A stretch of DNA of 64,000 bases from the human T2T-CHM13v2.0 reference genome, Homo sapiens. A program made the position numbers and the translations under genes. The notes below the pieces were generated by a model. It searched no databases, was not told the DNA's origin, and worked only from the letters and a program-made list of their open reading frames with translations. This document shows, piece after piece, positions 47,695 to 62,324 of the stretch (its first letter is position 1; each line of letters opens with the position of its first letter). Location: the NCBI RefSeq assembly GCF_009914755.1, contig NC_060932.1. One strand, written 5' to 3'.

Positions 47695-48426
47695 TCAGCC
47701 AGAGAGGAAGCAGCCCACACCATGGGTGAAAAGGCAGTGGGGAGGAAGAAAAAGCTGGCTTCCTGCAAGCCCCTGCATTCCACTGGCTTCACATGAAGGG
47801 GCCCCTGATGCCCTCAGCCTTGCCAAGGCCTCTGTTCTGTCTCCTCTGCTTCTCCCAGAGCTACAGGCCCTAAGACTGCCCTCCCTCTCCTGTCTCATCA
47901 TTTTCGCTCTCTCTCTCTGTTAGATCATTCCCAGCAGCATGAAAACCTGATGCTTCCTTCCTTTACCAAGCAAAACCAAAACAAGACAAATCCTTCCTCA
48001 ACCCCTTGCTGCATTCAGCCACAGTTCTCAGTAAAACTCCACAGGAAGTCCCCACATGCTCCAGTTCTTTGCTTCTCATTCACTTAAAAATACATATATA
48101 TTTAAAATTGGGAAATATGTTTATAAAGGGGGCTAAAAAAAGATTTTCTTGCTCCTTGGATGAATAACAAACATCTCTGAGGCTTCCTTTTCTTAACTAT
48201 AGCAAAGGATGTGGTCTTGCTGTGTTTTGAGAGCATGAAATAAAATAATTCTGTCAACCTCCACAGACAAAAGTAGGCATGTACTCAGTCATACCTACGA
48301 TGATATATCATATCCTGGTAAGTCCCTGGATCACCTTCTCCTCCCTCCCTGCTCCCACCGTGTCTCAGCTCCTTGTAGGCTTCAATCTCTGGGACTGGGC
48401 CTGAGCTAAGAATTGCAAAGTAAAAA

Positions 48427-48940
48427 TGTTATTGAGCCAATGGGCTTGCTGCCCGATGCTCATGGTAGCCAGTACTGTGGCCACAGCTTTTAAGAAAAGA
48501 AAGGCTTTATCGTGTAGCCAGGCAGCAAAGAGATAGGCTCAAGTCTGTCTCCTTGATTTGGGGTCTGGGGCAAGTTTTAAGGGGTCAGAGGGCAAAGGAA
48601 AAGATTCGGGAATGATGGATTGGCAGGGTCTGATTGGAGGGCTTCAGATTGGCCCATTTATGGTAAGGTATGTTGGGGTGGATTATAGTCCTGGATCTTC
48701 CTTCCAACGGACCCCTTGCTTCTGAAAGAGTTCCTGTGGTCAAGTTCCACTCATGTCCCAGTCTTCTTGGTTCCACAGGCAGGAGTCATGTGTTCCAGGT
48801 GTCATTAGAGGTCAAAGCTTTTTCTTTTGTGCATGCCTGGGCTGCATGACTTGCAGTCTTGGCTCTGTTATGCCTACAAGGTAACTTGACATTCTGTTAT
48901 CAACAGAGTAGGCCCAATTTGGGCTGGTCCTGCAGTTACA
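48427..48940 (-). mobile_element. ERV1-class solo LTR (subfamily not assigned)
   Basis: TG...CA termini, about 514 nt, antisense poly(A)-like gctttat near the left end, three attgg (CCAAT) boxes. Confidence 0.65.
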
Positions 48941-51040
48941 AAATCAGCAGTCAAAAGGGCAGTAATGATCCCATAGACCATGAATTCTATCCACCAGCCC
49001 GCAGTGCACTCACAGGGCTCTGGTGATTTCTAGATCTTTCTCCCTGTTTCCATATGGTCACACCCTCTTCTTTCAGACTCTGCAGGTTCTGAGGGCTTTG
49101 ATGTGCCAGCCAGGTGCTGTGGGGTTTTAGAGACTTACCCAACACCTTCCTGCCCTCAGGAGTTCACCAGAGGGAAGAGCAACGCAATCCAGACTTCACC
49201 CGGGAATAGTTGTGTGGCTTTGGCCGAGATGTTTCTCCTCCCTGAGTGCCCATTTCTTCATCTACAAAATAGGGAGAATAATAAATACTTTGCAGGACTG
49301 TTGTGAAAATGTCACGGTGAAACCTAGCTACTGGGATTCACACAACACAGAAATTGTTTTGTTTTGCCTGTTGATTAAAAATGGATCAACGTCATAAAAA
49401 GAAATGGAATTTACTTCTCTCTAAAGACACGTAAACACGTTGGAGATGAAAAATAATGTATAGGAACACACAGTAACAGCAGAGAGGCTGGCAGGAAAGC
49501 AGTTGGGGGATGCTTCAGTTCTGTTGATAAGTAAACCCCAACTTGCCATGTGAAAGCTGAAAGGTTACGTCAACCTTTCAGCTTTGGTGTCACCGCTAGG
49601 GAGCGTCGGTTTGCATGACTCTAGCTTGACTGCAAAGTGATTCTGCTTTCCCTGCGGAAGGGCAGAGACAACATAGATAATTGTCAAGAACTAAGCTCAG
49701 GCAGGAATTGCATTTTCATTTTCATTTCATTTCTAAATTTAGTTCTTAATCCATGTGACAAATATAATAAAAGAGACTGCTGAGTGCCAAGGGAGCAAGA
49801 GAAACCTGCATTTTGGTCTTTCCTTTGTAAAATACCTCCTCAAGAACAAACAGTATTACATCACAATGTTAATTAGATTGCCGGGGCTCTGGAGAGCACA
49901 TTATTAGAGGAATTTATTAATATAAATCTCACGATAATAAAGGGACACTGAATATCTTGCTTTGAGAGGTTTCTTGTTTGATTTCCTGGGGGATTTCTTT
50001 TGATTCATATCTATCTGGAAATGAATGTAAAACATGAAAATATAGTTTGTGTTAATTTCTCTCTGAAATGTTTTCTGTTTTGTTTTTGCTTCTGCGGGGA
50101 TGGGGTGCAGCAAGCGCCCTCGGAGCTGTACTTCTCACACACTTTATTCAGGATTAGAAGGAGGGTGTTCGCTACCCTCTAGTGGCTGTCTCTGGTCTCC
50201 TTGCCAGGTAGAAACTGCTGGGCCAACACCCCACAGAACAGGCATCCACCCACCTCCAGGCTCAGCAGAAGAGGCGAGAAGTCTCCAGGCCAGGCAGGAG
50301 AGGGAGACAGGAAAATTACTTCCCATGGGGCAGTTCCTTCTGCTCCCCAACCCCACTCCCAGGCAGGAGAACAGGCAGGTTACCAGCAGCTGCAGGAGAC
50401 CCCCTGACTCCAGGCAGCACCCAAGAGGCCCCAGCGGGGATGGTAGGAGGGCTGGCCCCTCAAAGGAAGCTAACGCGGAAGCCACTCTTGCCTTGTGCCT
50501 GGGTACTGAGAGAGGAAGGAAGGAGGCCTGTGGCCCAAGGGTGCCCCTCACCTTGCTGTACCAACATGGGCATGCCATGAGGGCTGAATGTCCTCGGTGG
50601 TCTCATGTCCCATGTTCACTGTGCCATCCAGATGGGTTGCCGACAAGCCCTCCATGTGTGAGTCTGTATCTGCTGCCTATCATGGTGGGATAGGAAGGGT
50701 TGGGGAAGACTCTAAGTAGAGGGGGTGCTCCCTCTTGTGGGAGAGTCCCCAGGGACCCTGCATCCTGCCACAGACTGCCCCCCACCACCTCCACCCCCTT
50801 TCAGGGAAACGGCTATGGTTAACTGTGACTATACTTGTTATGATTTTCTTTTTAAGAGAGTGGTGTTTATTCCATGATCAGTACAGACCAAATGCATATG
50901 CACGGTAGGAAAGTCAAACCAGTCAGTGACTCCAGAGTTTGCCCAACACCGAGTCACCAGGGTCGTGATGTAGTGTGGGTTCTCATGGCATGTATAACCT
51001 CACCAACTTTGCATGATTTGAATGTAGAGAAGGGCAGTGC

Positions 51041-51185
51041 TGCCAGGCATGGTGGCACATGCCTGTAGTCCCAGCTACTTGGGATGGGAGGCAGGGATGG
51101 GAAGATCTCTTGAGATCAGGAGTTTGAGATCAGCCTGGGTGACATAGGGACATACTGTCTCTAAAAACTAAAAAAAAAATTAAAA
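51041..51185 (+). mobile_element. Alu monomer (FAM/FLAM-like)
   Basis: Single arm; TSD-like agaa..cagtg.tgcc. Confidence 0.8.
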
Positions 51186-51354
51186 AGTAAGGAAAAAAGA
51201 GAGAGAAAGTCAGTGTTGCCTCCCAACTCTTTAAGGAACATTTTTTGCCTTCGGAGAGGAGGACACTGAAGTGCAGAGCCCCCCCGTGAGCTCTGTCAGG
51301 ACACCAAGGAAGCAGGCAGAGGAGAGCCCAGGCCTGGGGTTTGGAGGCTCTAGC

Positions 51355-51601
51355 TCAGCACTGTGAAATAGAATTTTCTGCCATGGTGGAAATGTCCTAT
51401 ATCTGCACATCCAACATCCAACACGGTAGTCATTTATGGCTACTGAGCACTTCTTGAGACTCTGGAGGTCCATGGATGCCTGTCCTACATGGTTGTTGGC
51501 TAGTACAGCTAAGAAACTGAATTTTAAATTATGTTTGGTTGCTATTAATTTGAATTTAAAAGGCCACACGTAACCAGTGGCTATGGTACTGGACAGTGCA
51601 G
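51355..51601. mobile_element. MER3-like hAT element
   Basis: aatagaattttctgccatggtggaaatgtcctatatctgc...gtggctatggtactggacagtgcag. Confidence 0.75.
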
Positions 51602-52599
51602 TTCTAGAGACAATGTGAGAGGGAGACCTTTGTAATCCTAGAGCTGTGTATGAGGGTAGTCTCAGAATGAGACCCATCAGCAACATTTTAAGAGTAAAAT
51701 TGGTGATTAATGGTGCAAGTTTGCTAGTGAAGGCAGGCCTCAGATGAGGTGCACACATTCATTTATCCACCATCCAACAAATCTCTTCCCCGCTACCTTG
51801 GCACAATGTTCAATTAGGATTTATTGGGTCACGTGGTTGGCCTCCCAGCTAGACAGATGCTGAGGGCTGAGACCCTGCCCCATTCATCTTGGTATCCTTG
51901 GCACCACACACTGTTACCTGATGTGTTGTAGAATCTCAAAAGTTGTTGAATGCAGTCATTCATTGAATGAATGGAGCTGGGCCAGGCCTTTGGGGAGATG
52001 CACAGATCAATTAGACATAGATCATGCCCCCAACGACCTATGGTTTGATCATAATACTTAAAATACTAGACAAGAAGACTTGAGTGAAGGCACTGCATTG
52101 CGCTGGACACATAGTAGGCCCAAAATAAATGTTAATTCCTTTCCTCCCTTCCTCTCTTACACTCCCTCTAGGACTCACCCTCCAAAAATTTCTATAAAAG
52201 GGATAAAATGCTCAAGGGTTTAGAGGAGGCTAAGGTTAATTTTGTCTGGAGAACCAATGAGGGCTTCCTGGAGGAGGTAGCATTGGATCTAGCTCATCCA
52301 GATCTCTGAGCAGCATGAACAAAGACATAGAGGGATGGGGATCAGTTCAATTTAGTTTGAGGAAGGGTATATGAAGAGAAGAAGTAGAAACCAGGGTAGG
52401 AAAATCCTTTGATTCTTAGGCTACTGAAGGCTCTTGAGCATGGTATTATAAATCTGGATTTTATTACCAGAGAGACAGACATCCCTGTGCTCTCTGCAGA
52501 CTCAGTTATCTAACTACTGGCTATGTGATGACCCAAGCACACGACTTCACTCCTCTGAGCTTCACTTTCTTCATCTGTAAAACGGGAATGATACTACTT

Positions 52600-52852
52600 A
52601 TTCATTCAAAATACAAACAAGAATGCATAGTACCTATACACTGTTCTCATGGTTTTCCACGTGGTAAGCTTTTTTATATTATCACATACAAGGTTGACCT
52701 TGTATTTATTTTATGGTGTTATCCTAATTTAATTAACCACTCCTCTATTCATGGATATTCAAATTGCTTCTAATCATTGCAAAAAATTGTACATATATCT
52801 ACAGAATAAATTCCTAAAGTGGCATTGCCAAACCAAAGGGTATACAAGATTT

Positions 52853-52900
<48 letters not shown>

Positions 52901-53720
52901 TAGGCAGAGTCTGACTCTGTTGCCTGGGCTGTAGTGCAGTGGAGCAGGAGCGATCATAGCTCACTACAGCCTCAACTTCCTGAGCTCCAGTGATCCTCCC
53001 ACCTCAGCATCCCAAGTAGCTGGGTCTACAAGTTTGTGACACCACACCTGGCTAATTTTTTGTATTTTTAGTAGAGACAAGGTATTGCCATGTTGCCCAG
53101 GCTGGTCTTGAACTCCTGGGCCAAAGTGATCTGCCCACCTCAGCCTCCCAAAGTGCTGGGATTACAGGCATGAGCCACCTGCGCCCGGCCTGAAATTTAG
53201 ATTTTGACAGAATTACCAAATTGCTTTCTAGAAAGAGTGAATCAATTTCCACTCTCATCAACAATATATGAAAGGATCTGTTTTCTCTGCCTTCACTAAA
53301 AGTCTTACCAGAATTTTTTGGTCTGTACCAATCTGAAAGATTTTAAATTGCTATCTAATTGTAGTTTTAATTTGCATTTATTTTATTCTGAGCAGGCTTG
53401 GGCATCTTTTCAATGTTTAAAAGCCATTTGTATTTTCTGCCCTGGGAACTGCCTATTTGCAGCCTTTGGCCATTTCAATTTGGTTATTAGCCTTTTTCTT
53501 ACTGAATGATAGGAATTTCTTATTTATTAAAGAAATTAGCCCGTAGAATAAGGTTGCAAATGTTTTTCCTAAATTGCCATTTATCTCTTACTCTGTCTAT
53601 TTCTCTCCCAGATATTTTTAATCTATATGTATCAGATTGGCTATTCTTTTCCTTCGTGGTTTCTGGATTTCTAATCATGCTCAGGAAGGCCTTCCCTACT
53701 CCAAGAAAATAAGTGAAATC
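52600..53720 (-). mobile_element. Old antisense L1M fragment containing an AluJ-like element (52856-53190)
   Basis: aataaattcctaaagtggcattgc...caaattgctttctagaaag...ttttaatttgcattta; Alu TSD atttagatttt. Confidence 0.65.
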
Positions 53721-53919
53721 TTTGATCTATCTATATTTATTCCGGAGGGAGGAGACAGGGAATTCTGCTTTACTTTTTTTTCCACGTGGCAGTGGCCCTA
53801 ACACCGTTTCTCAGGATTCCTTTGAACGGTAAGTGCCATTCAAGAGCCAGTCTGGGGGCCCTGCTTAGCGGAAGAGCAGGTATTGATTAGATGCCTGATG
53901 TATTTGGAATGCCATTTTA

Positions 53920-54085
53920 TTTAATCCTCACCACTGCTCTGTGAGCTCTTGATATCCTTGTTTTTCAAAAGAAGGAACTGAGGTTCAGAGAGATGGAGTA
54001 AGTGGCCCACAGTCGCACAGCCAGGAAGTGGCCGTGCTGGGATTTGAATGCAGATCAGTCTGATTGCAGTCCGTGCTCTTTCTGC
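53920..54085 (-). mobile_element. MIR
   Basis: atttaatcctcac...ggaactgaggttcagagag...ctgggatttgaa. Confidence 0.75.
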
Positions 54086-54439
54086 GAGCCACAATCATGA
54101 TTCAAAGGGAGAAGCGGGGCTTCACGGAAGTATTGAACGGGTGACTTTTCAGACTTCTCATCCTCTTCATTCCTTCCCTCCAAAGCCCTCCTGTACTGTG
54201 TTAGGAGAACTGTAAAGCACAATAACCCCTGTTTATTGGTTCCTGAGCCACTAGGGATAGTTATGAGCTGCCCAACTGACCAAAGCGCCCTTGGCCAGAA
54301 GAGAGATGTCTGTCCCAGAAAAGCTGCCTACTAATCAGGAACGCTGACAATGAGCTGTTACATAAACAAGGAATCAACTTTTACTGTGTTCGCTGAAAGG
54401 TTGATTTGTAACAGCAGCTAGCTAGCATTAACCTAAGTA

Positions 54440-54786
54440 TGGTCACAAGCTGCATAACAACATTTTGGTCAACGAGGGAACCACGTAGATGACGGTGGTC
54501 CCATAAGATTATAGTACCATGTTTTATTGTGCCTTTTCTATGTTTAGACATGCTTAGATACACAAATACTTACCACTGTGTTACGTTTGCCTACAGTATT
54601 CAGTAGAGTAACATGCTGCACAGGCTTGTAGCCTAGGAGCAGTAGGCTCTGCCGTCTAGCCTGGGTGTGTAGTAGGCAACACCATCTAGATTTGTGTAAC
54701 TACACTCTGTGATGTTTGCAGAACAATGAAATTGCCTAATGACACATTTCTCCGAACCTGTCCCATTGTTAAGTGACGAATAACTG
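54440..54786 (+). mobile_element. Tigger3a (MER7A)-like DNA transposon
   Basis: TA-flanked; gcataacaacattttggtcaacga...ggtggtcccataagattata...gttaagtgacgaataactg. Confidence 0.8.
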
Positions 54787-55889
54787 TACTGCAATTGTTC
54801 CGCAAGGATGGATCACACAGAGGGAACCAGATTAAGGGTAGTTAATCTCTGAGATCATTTCCTTTGTCCCTGGGTCCTAGAAGCAGTGAGTCCTCTCTCC
54901 CATCTTGGTAGCCCCAGGCCCTTCGTCCCTTCCTCCCCCTTCCCTTCTTCCTCTCCTTTTTCCTAGCTCTAGTCTTAACCACTCTTTGAGAGCTGAGAAG
55001 CTCACGTGCCAAGCATGCATCTGAATATATTCTGTCTCATGCTCAGGCCAGAGGTTGGTAAAAAAAATCTTGATTCCTCCTTTGGGTAGACTAGAGGAAA
55101 GGATAAGGGTCCTAGAGCAGTAGTAGTGAGGGGCAGAGGGGAGGGAAATTCACAGGAAATGCTCCGAAGTGGACCCTTCCACCTGCACAGTCTTGACTGG
55201 GCCTGCTGCAGGCTCTGTGGGCTCTACGTGACTAATTCCCCACCAGTCCCTCCAGGCCGGACACAGACCCAGCAGGGAGTCTGTCTTGGCTTGATTATGA
55301 TATCCAGCTTTTGTTACTGTTTTTTCTATATCTTATCAGTGGGGAAAAGGGTACGGGCTTTAAGCATGTGTCCAAAGATAAGAGCCAGGCCTCACAGCAG
55401 TTCTCTTTGACCCAACACATGTAAGTTACACTTTGAGAGGTCAAATTTAACAAGAGAAAGTTGAGGTTGCCTTGTAGATGGTGGGTGGCAGTAGCAGGGG
55501 CAATGGAGAAAGATGATGGGAAGGTTATCAGCAAGGGCAAGACCCCAGAGGCCATTGGGAGGAGGCTGTCTCAGTAGAAAATTTAAAAATGCCTCCATTT
55601 CCTAAAAAGTAAGAACTAGGACTGAAATTAGTTAGACTGTTTGCTTTCTTTTTGTTTTTTAGAGATGGGGTCTTGCTACCTTGCCCAGGCTGGCCTGGAA
55701 CTCCCAAGTAGCTGAGACAACGGGTGAGGGCTGCCACACCCGGCTTTTAAGACTGTTTGCTTTCTGATAATGGTGCCCCCGTCCTTCCAGATGACAGGAG
55801 CTATTCTGTGCTGACCACTCATTGACCTTGCTAAGCAACAACTAGAAAGTGTTTTTGCCCCAAATTCTTTCTATTTTAAAACTGATTAC

Positions 55890-56508
<619 letters not shown>

Positions 56509-57320
56509 ATAAACTGATCACTGTCACTCCCTAAGCACTGCCCATGATGCTGCAAGGATGAAAGTCCATTTGTACCTTTCCAGTTCTGGCTAACTGACTT
56601 CTTCTCTACAACTCAGTTTGGGTGTCATCTCTCCCAGGAAACCTTCTCAGATTCCCAGGTCGGGTCTCAACTCCCATCTCTGTGCTCTTGGCTGTCTGCA
56701 TGTACTTTTCACATACCCTCCCCCTCTGCTCCTCCAAGGCCCTCTGGTCAGGTGGTAAGCCTCTCAAAGGCAGAGATTGTTCCTTACCCAACTCTGTACC
56801 CCGCCTCATCTCAGTGCCTGGCAGAAAGCAAGTGCTCAGTGTGTTCAACTAAATTCAACCTTTTTAGCTAATGTGGAATACTTTTCAATAGATGGTGCTA
56901 GAAAAACAAGTATTACATGATATGAATGGAATCTCAGGACTTTAACATTGTGTGGACCTTACCCGCCATAATGGGAAACTGAGGCCCTGGAGATGAAATG
57001 GCACACCCAGAGCGCAGTGGTGTGTCAGAAGTCAGGCCAAGCTGTGAGCACCTTTGCTGGTGGAACAACGCTTGTTAGTGACAACACAAACCATCTGGAC
57101 TTAGGTTTGTTGGTATATAAAACAGCTGGAAACATGCTTATCAGCCACTGTGGTCTTTGTCCCTCAAAGTCTAAAAAATTCATTGTCTCTGGATTTTCTC
57201 TTTTTCAGTTCTACTACTTATCTGTCTTTTTGAAATTTGCCTTTTATTAAATTTTGATTATAAAAGTATATATGTTTATTATAAAGATTCTGGAATATGC
57301 TGAAAAGGAAAAGAAAGAAA

Positions 57321-57617
57321 TTTTTTTTTTTTTTGAGACAGGGTCTCACTCTGTTGCCCAGGCTGGAGTACAATGGTGAGATCACTGCTCACTATAGTGA
57401 TCTGGAGGTTGAGGAGCCGCAGCTGCCCACCTCAGCCTCCCAAGTAGCTAGGACTACAGGTGCAAGCCACCACACCCTCACTCATTTTTGTATTTTTTGT
57501 AGAAAGAGGGTCTTGTCATGTTGCCCAGGCTGGCCTTGAAGTCCTGGACTCAAGCAATCCACCTGCCTCGGCCTCCCAAACTGCTGGGACTACAGGCATG
57601 AGTCACTACGCCTGGCC
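57321..57617 (-). mobile_element. Alu (J-like)
   Basis: Diverged antisense dimer. Confidence 0.9.
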
Positions 57618-57732
57618 TGAGAAAATGTGAAATACTTGAATTCCACCAACCAGAGGCAGCCTGTTATTTCTATAGCATATTGTCACAAATAAATATGGAT
57701 AACTGACTGGAGCGGGAGAGGGAGGGGGGATT

Positions 57733-58775
<1,043 letters not shown>

Positions 58776-58945
58776 TATACATGTATTTTATATGTAAATA
58801 TATAACATATGTTACATATATTATATGTAACATATGGCATATGTTATATATTATATCATATATTATGTTATATATAATATACAATATATTATATATAATG
58901 TTATATATTATTATATAGTTTGCGTTATAATATAACTAATATAAC
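58776..58945. repeat. AT-rich (TA)n-derived low-complexity tract
   Basis: Direct reading. Confidence 0.88.
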
Positions 58946-59725
58946 CAAGATTGAGCTCTATGTTGAATTCATGTTTTTCTTCTTTCAGTAATTGTTGGAT
59001 TGTGAGCATTTCTCCAAGTCCTTAAAAATAGAGTATTTTCTTTGTAGCCTTTGTGCTGCGAAGCTTTTCAATGAGTGCACTTTGTAATTAGTTAATTTAT
59101 AAATAAAAAGAATCTAATAATAAAAATAAAAAGGAAAAATGCTACGTAATCTATTATTTGTAATAGCTACACGTTAATCTACATAGATATACCGTATTTT
59201 ACCTAACATCTAGGTGGTTTGCAATTTTTCATTACAATAAATGAAAAATATGTTTATTTCATCATCTCACTGTGATGAGACAATATTGTCAAATGAAATA
59301 TCTGCTTGTATTTCTGATTATTGCCTTGGGAGTAACATATTGTTTATGTTCTCAACTTTGAGGAAACCATTTTTCAGAGAACTGTTTTGAAATTCAGGAT
59401 CAGCTCAAGAGATAATACTATTTTTCAGGTTATCTTAAAAGCATTGATTACTTTTCAATCAGAAAAAGGAAAGATTATTTTTAGTAAACAGAAAAGATAT
59501 AATATAGTGAAATTATGGGAAAAGCCTGCAACATGAGACCTGGCCCTTAACATTTGAGAGACGAATTGATTTCTGTTTCTACCTAGAGGTGTAAATTAGG
59601 TGTTGATTGCCATTAGGTAATGCTGAAGAAGACATGTTACTTTTTGAACTATTTTCTCCATTTGTATAAAAGTTAAATAGTTTGAGTTCAAAGGTAAAGT
59701 AATTAGAAAGAATATTCTGGTTCAT

Positions 59726-59797
59726 AGAACATGGATGCCTCCTTGTTAGCATAGTAGTGAGGAAAAAAATAAATAAATAAAAAAGAACATGGATGCC
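59726..59797 (+). pseudogene. Retroposed 5' fragment of tRNA-Asp(GTC) with A-tail and 14-bp TSD
   Basis: agaacatggatgcc | TCCTTGTTAGCATAGTAGTGAG g A-rich tail | agaacatggatgcc; the insert matches the recalled tRNA-Asp 5' end TCCTCGTTAGTATAGTGGTGAG at 19/22. Confidence 0.7.
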
Positions 59798-61360
59798 ATG
59801 GATACCAGTTACTAGATTTAAGTTAGTAGCCACAGAAAATGCCAAACTAAAATAAAAACTATTTCCAAATAAAATGATCTCAGGAAAGACTTTCATCTTA
59901 GTCCCCAAAATATGAATTTTAAACATCTGTAGCATCATAAAATATAAACAAAGTAAAAACTAAAATAAAATTCAGGTTTGACAGATTAAAAATGCAAGCA
60001 AGTAATAAAATAGCCCCCCAAATGTTTCTATTTTCAGGTTCTAAAAATATATGGAAATCATAGAGATACTGGGTTATGGTGATTATACTTTGATTTCACA
60101 GACTTTATATCTATTTTTACCATATGAACATAGCCAGAATGTCAAATCTTATGTTACTATGAAATGAACAACAGAAATAATTTTTTAAAAGGTAAACCTT
60201 CACCTTGAAGCAGCTTTCAACATGGCATGTTTTCCAATTGCCCTTGCATCATTTTTTTTTTAATCACTAGAGGAAACTGCTTAAAAACAGGATTAACGAC
60301 GGACAAACAAGATTACTATGGATGTGATTTTGAGGCTACAAAACAATTTTGAACTCACACAAGACTAAACCACTGAGGCTGTCTTCAAAACAAAGACTCG
60401 TGTTTCAGGAGAGAGTTCCCCAGGGAGAAAAACTGTAACAAGGTGAGCCCTCCACACACATCTTTCACTGATTTCTGAAAATAAAATAATTGCCCACATC
60501 CGTTACTATGCACCAGGAACTGTGCGGGGCACTTTGCAAACATTATCCCAGTCAACCCGGGGCACAGCCCATGAAGTGATTACTGTTAGGATCCCCATTT
60601 GACAGCAGGAGAAGTGGATTCTCCCGGAGGTCCAGCTTCTTGGGCTCCGGTGTGGCTGGGATTCAGTCCAGATCTGTGTGATGACAAAGATCCATCTTTT
60701 CAATCCCACCCCCTCCCTGCTCATTAGGCAAGTTTTTGAGAGAAAATAGAAAACAGACTGGACATAAAAGCAGGAAGGAAGACAAAGCCCCCCAAAACTG
60801 GTTCTCTAAACTAAAATGCAAGGAAAATGCGGTGCTTCGGCAAAAGAATAATGTAGGTTCTCAGAGGACGCTCCATGGATATGTGGCTCAAGGGTGAGAG
60901 CTAAAAATACAGCTGAGCGAGACACTTGGGTCAGACACTTGAGACACAGGCCCTTCTCTCCCTACCCTTGGCCTCCCTTGGAGAGCGGGCTGCTCCCACT
61001 GGCCTTCAGTCCCAAGACCCCTTTGGTCCTGCTTCCAGGGTTGCCTCAGAGTCCAGACAGGTCTGCCTGCCCCTATCTTGGTGCCATGGACTCTCGAGGC
61101 ACTCATGCTGGCTGGAGTCAGGGTATGACAACTGCCCTGAGGGAGGTGCGGAAGAAGTCCCATTGCCCCCCGCCCCCCAATGGTCCCCTGAGTTCTTTGG
61201 TCTAGGTTTCCTAGTAATAAAACTGATGCTTTACTTTGCCATGTTGTAGGTTACTTGAGTACATTTACTCTTAAGGCCTGAAGGAGCTGGGCTGAGTGTG
61301 GGCTCTTAGATCTCTTTGGGCCCTAAAACCTATGCAATCGATTCAAAAAAAAAAAGCTAC

Positions 61361-61647
61361 GGCCGGGTGTGGTGGCTCACGCCTGTAATCCCAGCACTTT
61401 GGGAGGCTGAGATGAGTGGATCACGAGGTCAGGAGTTCAAGACCAGCCTGGCCAACAAGGTGAAACCCTGTCTCTACTAAAAATACAAAAATTAGTCGGA
61501 CGTGGTGATGCACGCCTGTAATCCCAGCTACTCAGGAGGCTGAGGCAGGAGAATCACTTGAATCCGGGAGGCGGAGATTGCAGTGAGCCGAGATCATGCC
61601 ACTGTACTCCAGCCTAGGTAACAGAGCGAGACTCCATCTCGAAAAAA
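61361..61647 (+). mobile_element. Alu (S-type)
   Basis: Full dimer. Confidence 0.93.
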
Positions 61648-61977
61648 GGTGGGGGGAGTGCTAGAAAAAGGGGTAAGAGAGTAGTTACTCACGTACACAC
61701 ACTCACACACATGCACATTTGAAGCTCTGGCCTTGGACTATTTAAAACCTAAAATATTTATATTTAGAACCTAGACTATTAAAAACCAACAATCTTTGAA
61801 AATATCATTTTTGGCAGAAAATTCAGCCCAGCTGAGTTGATAAAGGTGTCCAGGGATTGTAACAGATACAATTTTGAATACCCTGGTGTTGTAGATGTGT
61901 CTACTTCAACTCGACTTCAGCCACCCAACACTAGCCCCTCTTGAATTCTCTTCATCACAGAATTGCAACATCATCAG

Positions 61978-62324
61978 TGTGTTAGTCCAATTTCATGCAG
62001 CTACAAAGAAATGCCCGAGACTGGGTAATTTATAGAGGAAAGAGGTTTAATTGACTCACAGTCCCACAGGGCTGGGGAGGCCTCATGAAACTTACAATTA
62101 TGGTGGAAGGGGAAGAGGCATGGAGTGCCAGCAAGAGCAGGGAAAACTGCCTTATAAAACCATCAGATCTCATGAGAACTCATTCACTATGAGAACAGCA
62201 TGGGGGAAACTGCCCCCATGATCCAGTCGCCTCCCACCTGGTCCCCCTCCCCACCACGTGGGGAATGTGGGGATTGCAATTCGAGATAAGGTTTGGGTGG
62301 GGGACCCAGAGCCAAATTATATCA
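61978..62324 (-). mobile_element. THE1/MST-type MaLR solo LTR
   Basis: tgtgttagtcc...gagactgggtaatttatagaggaaagaggtttaattgactcacag...aaaaccatcagatctcatgagaac...tatatca. Confidence 0.88.

Noticed and set aside
50100-50693. Longest ORF in the track (197 aa) and its antisense partner
   Set aside because: GC-rich, low-information composition with no recognisable domain; consistent with chance.
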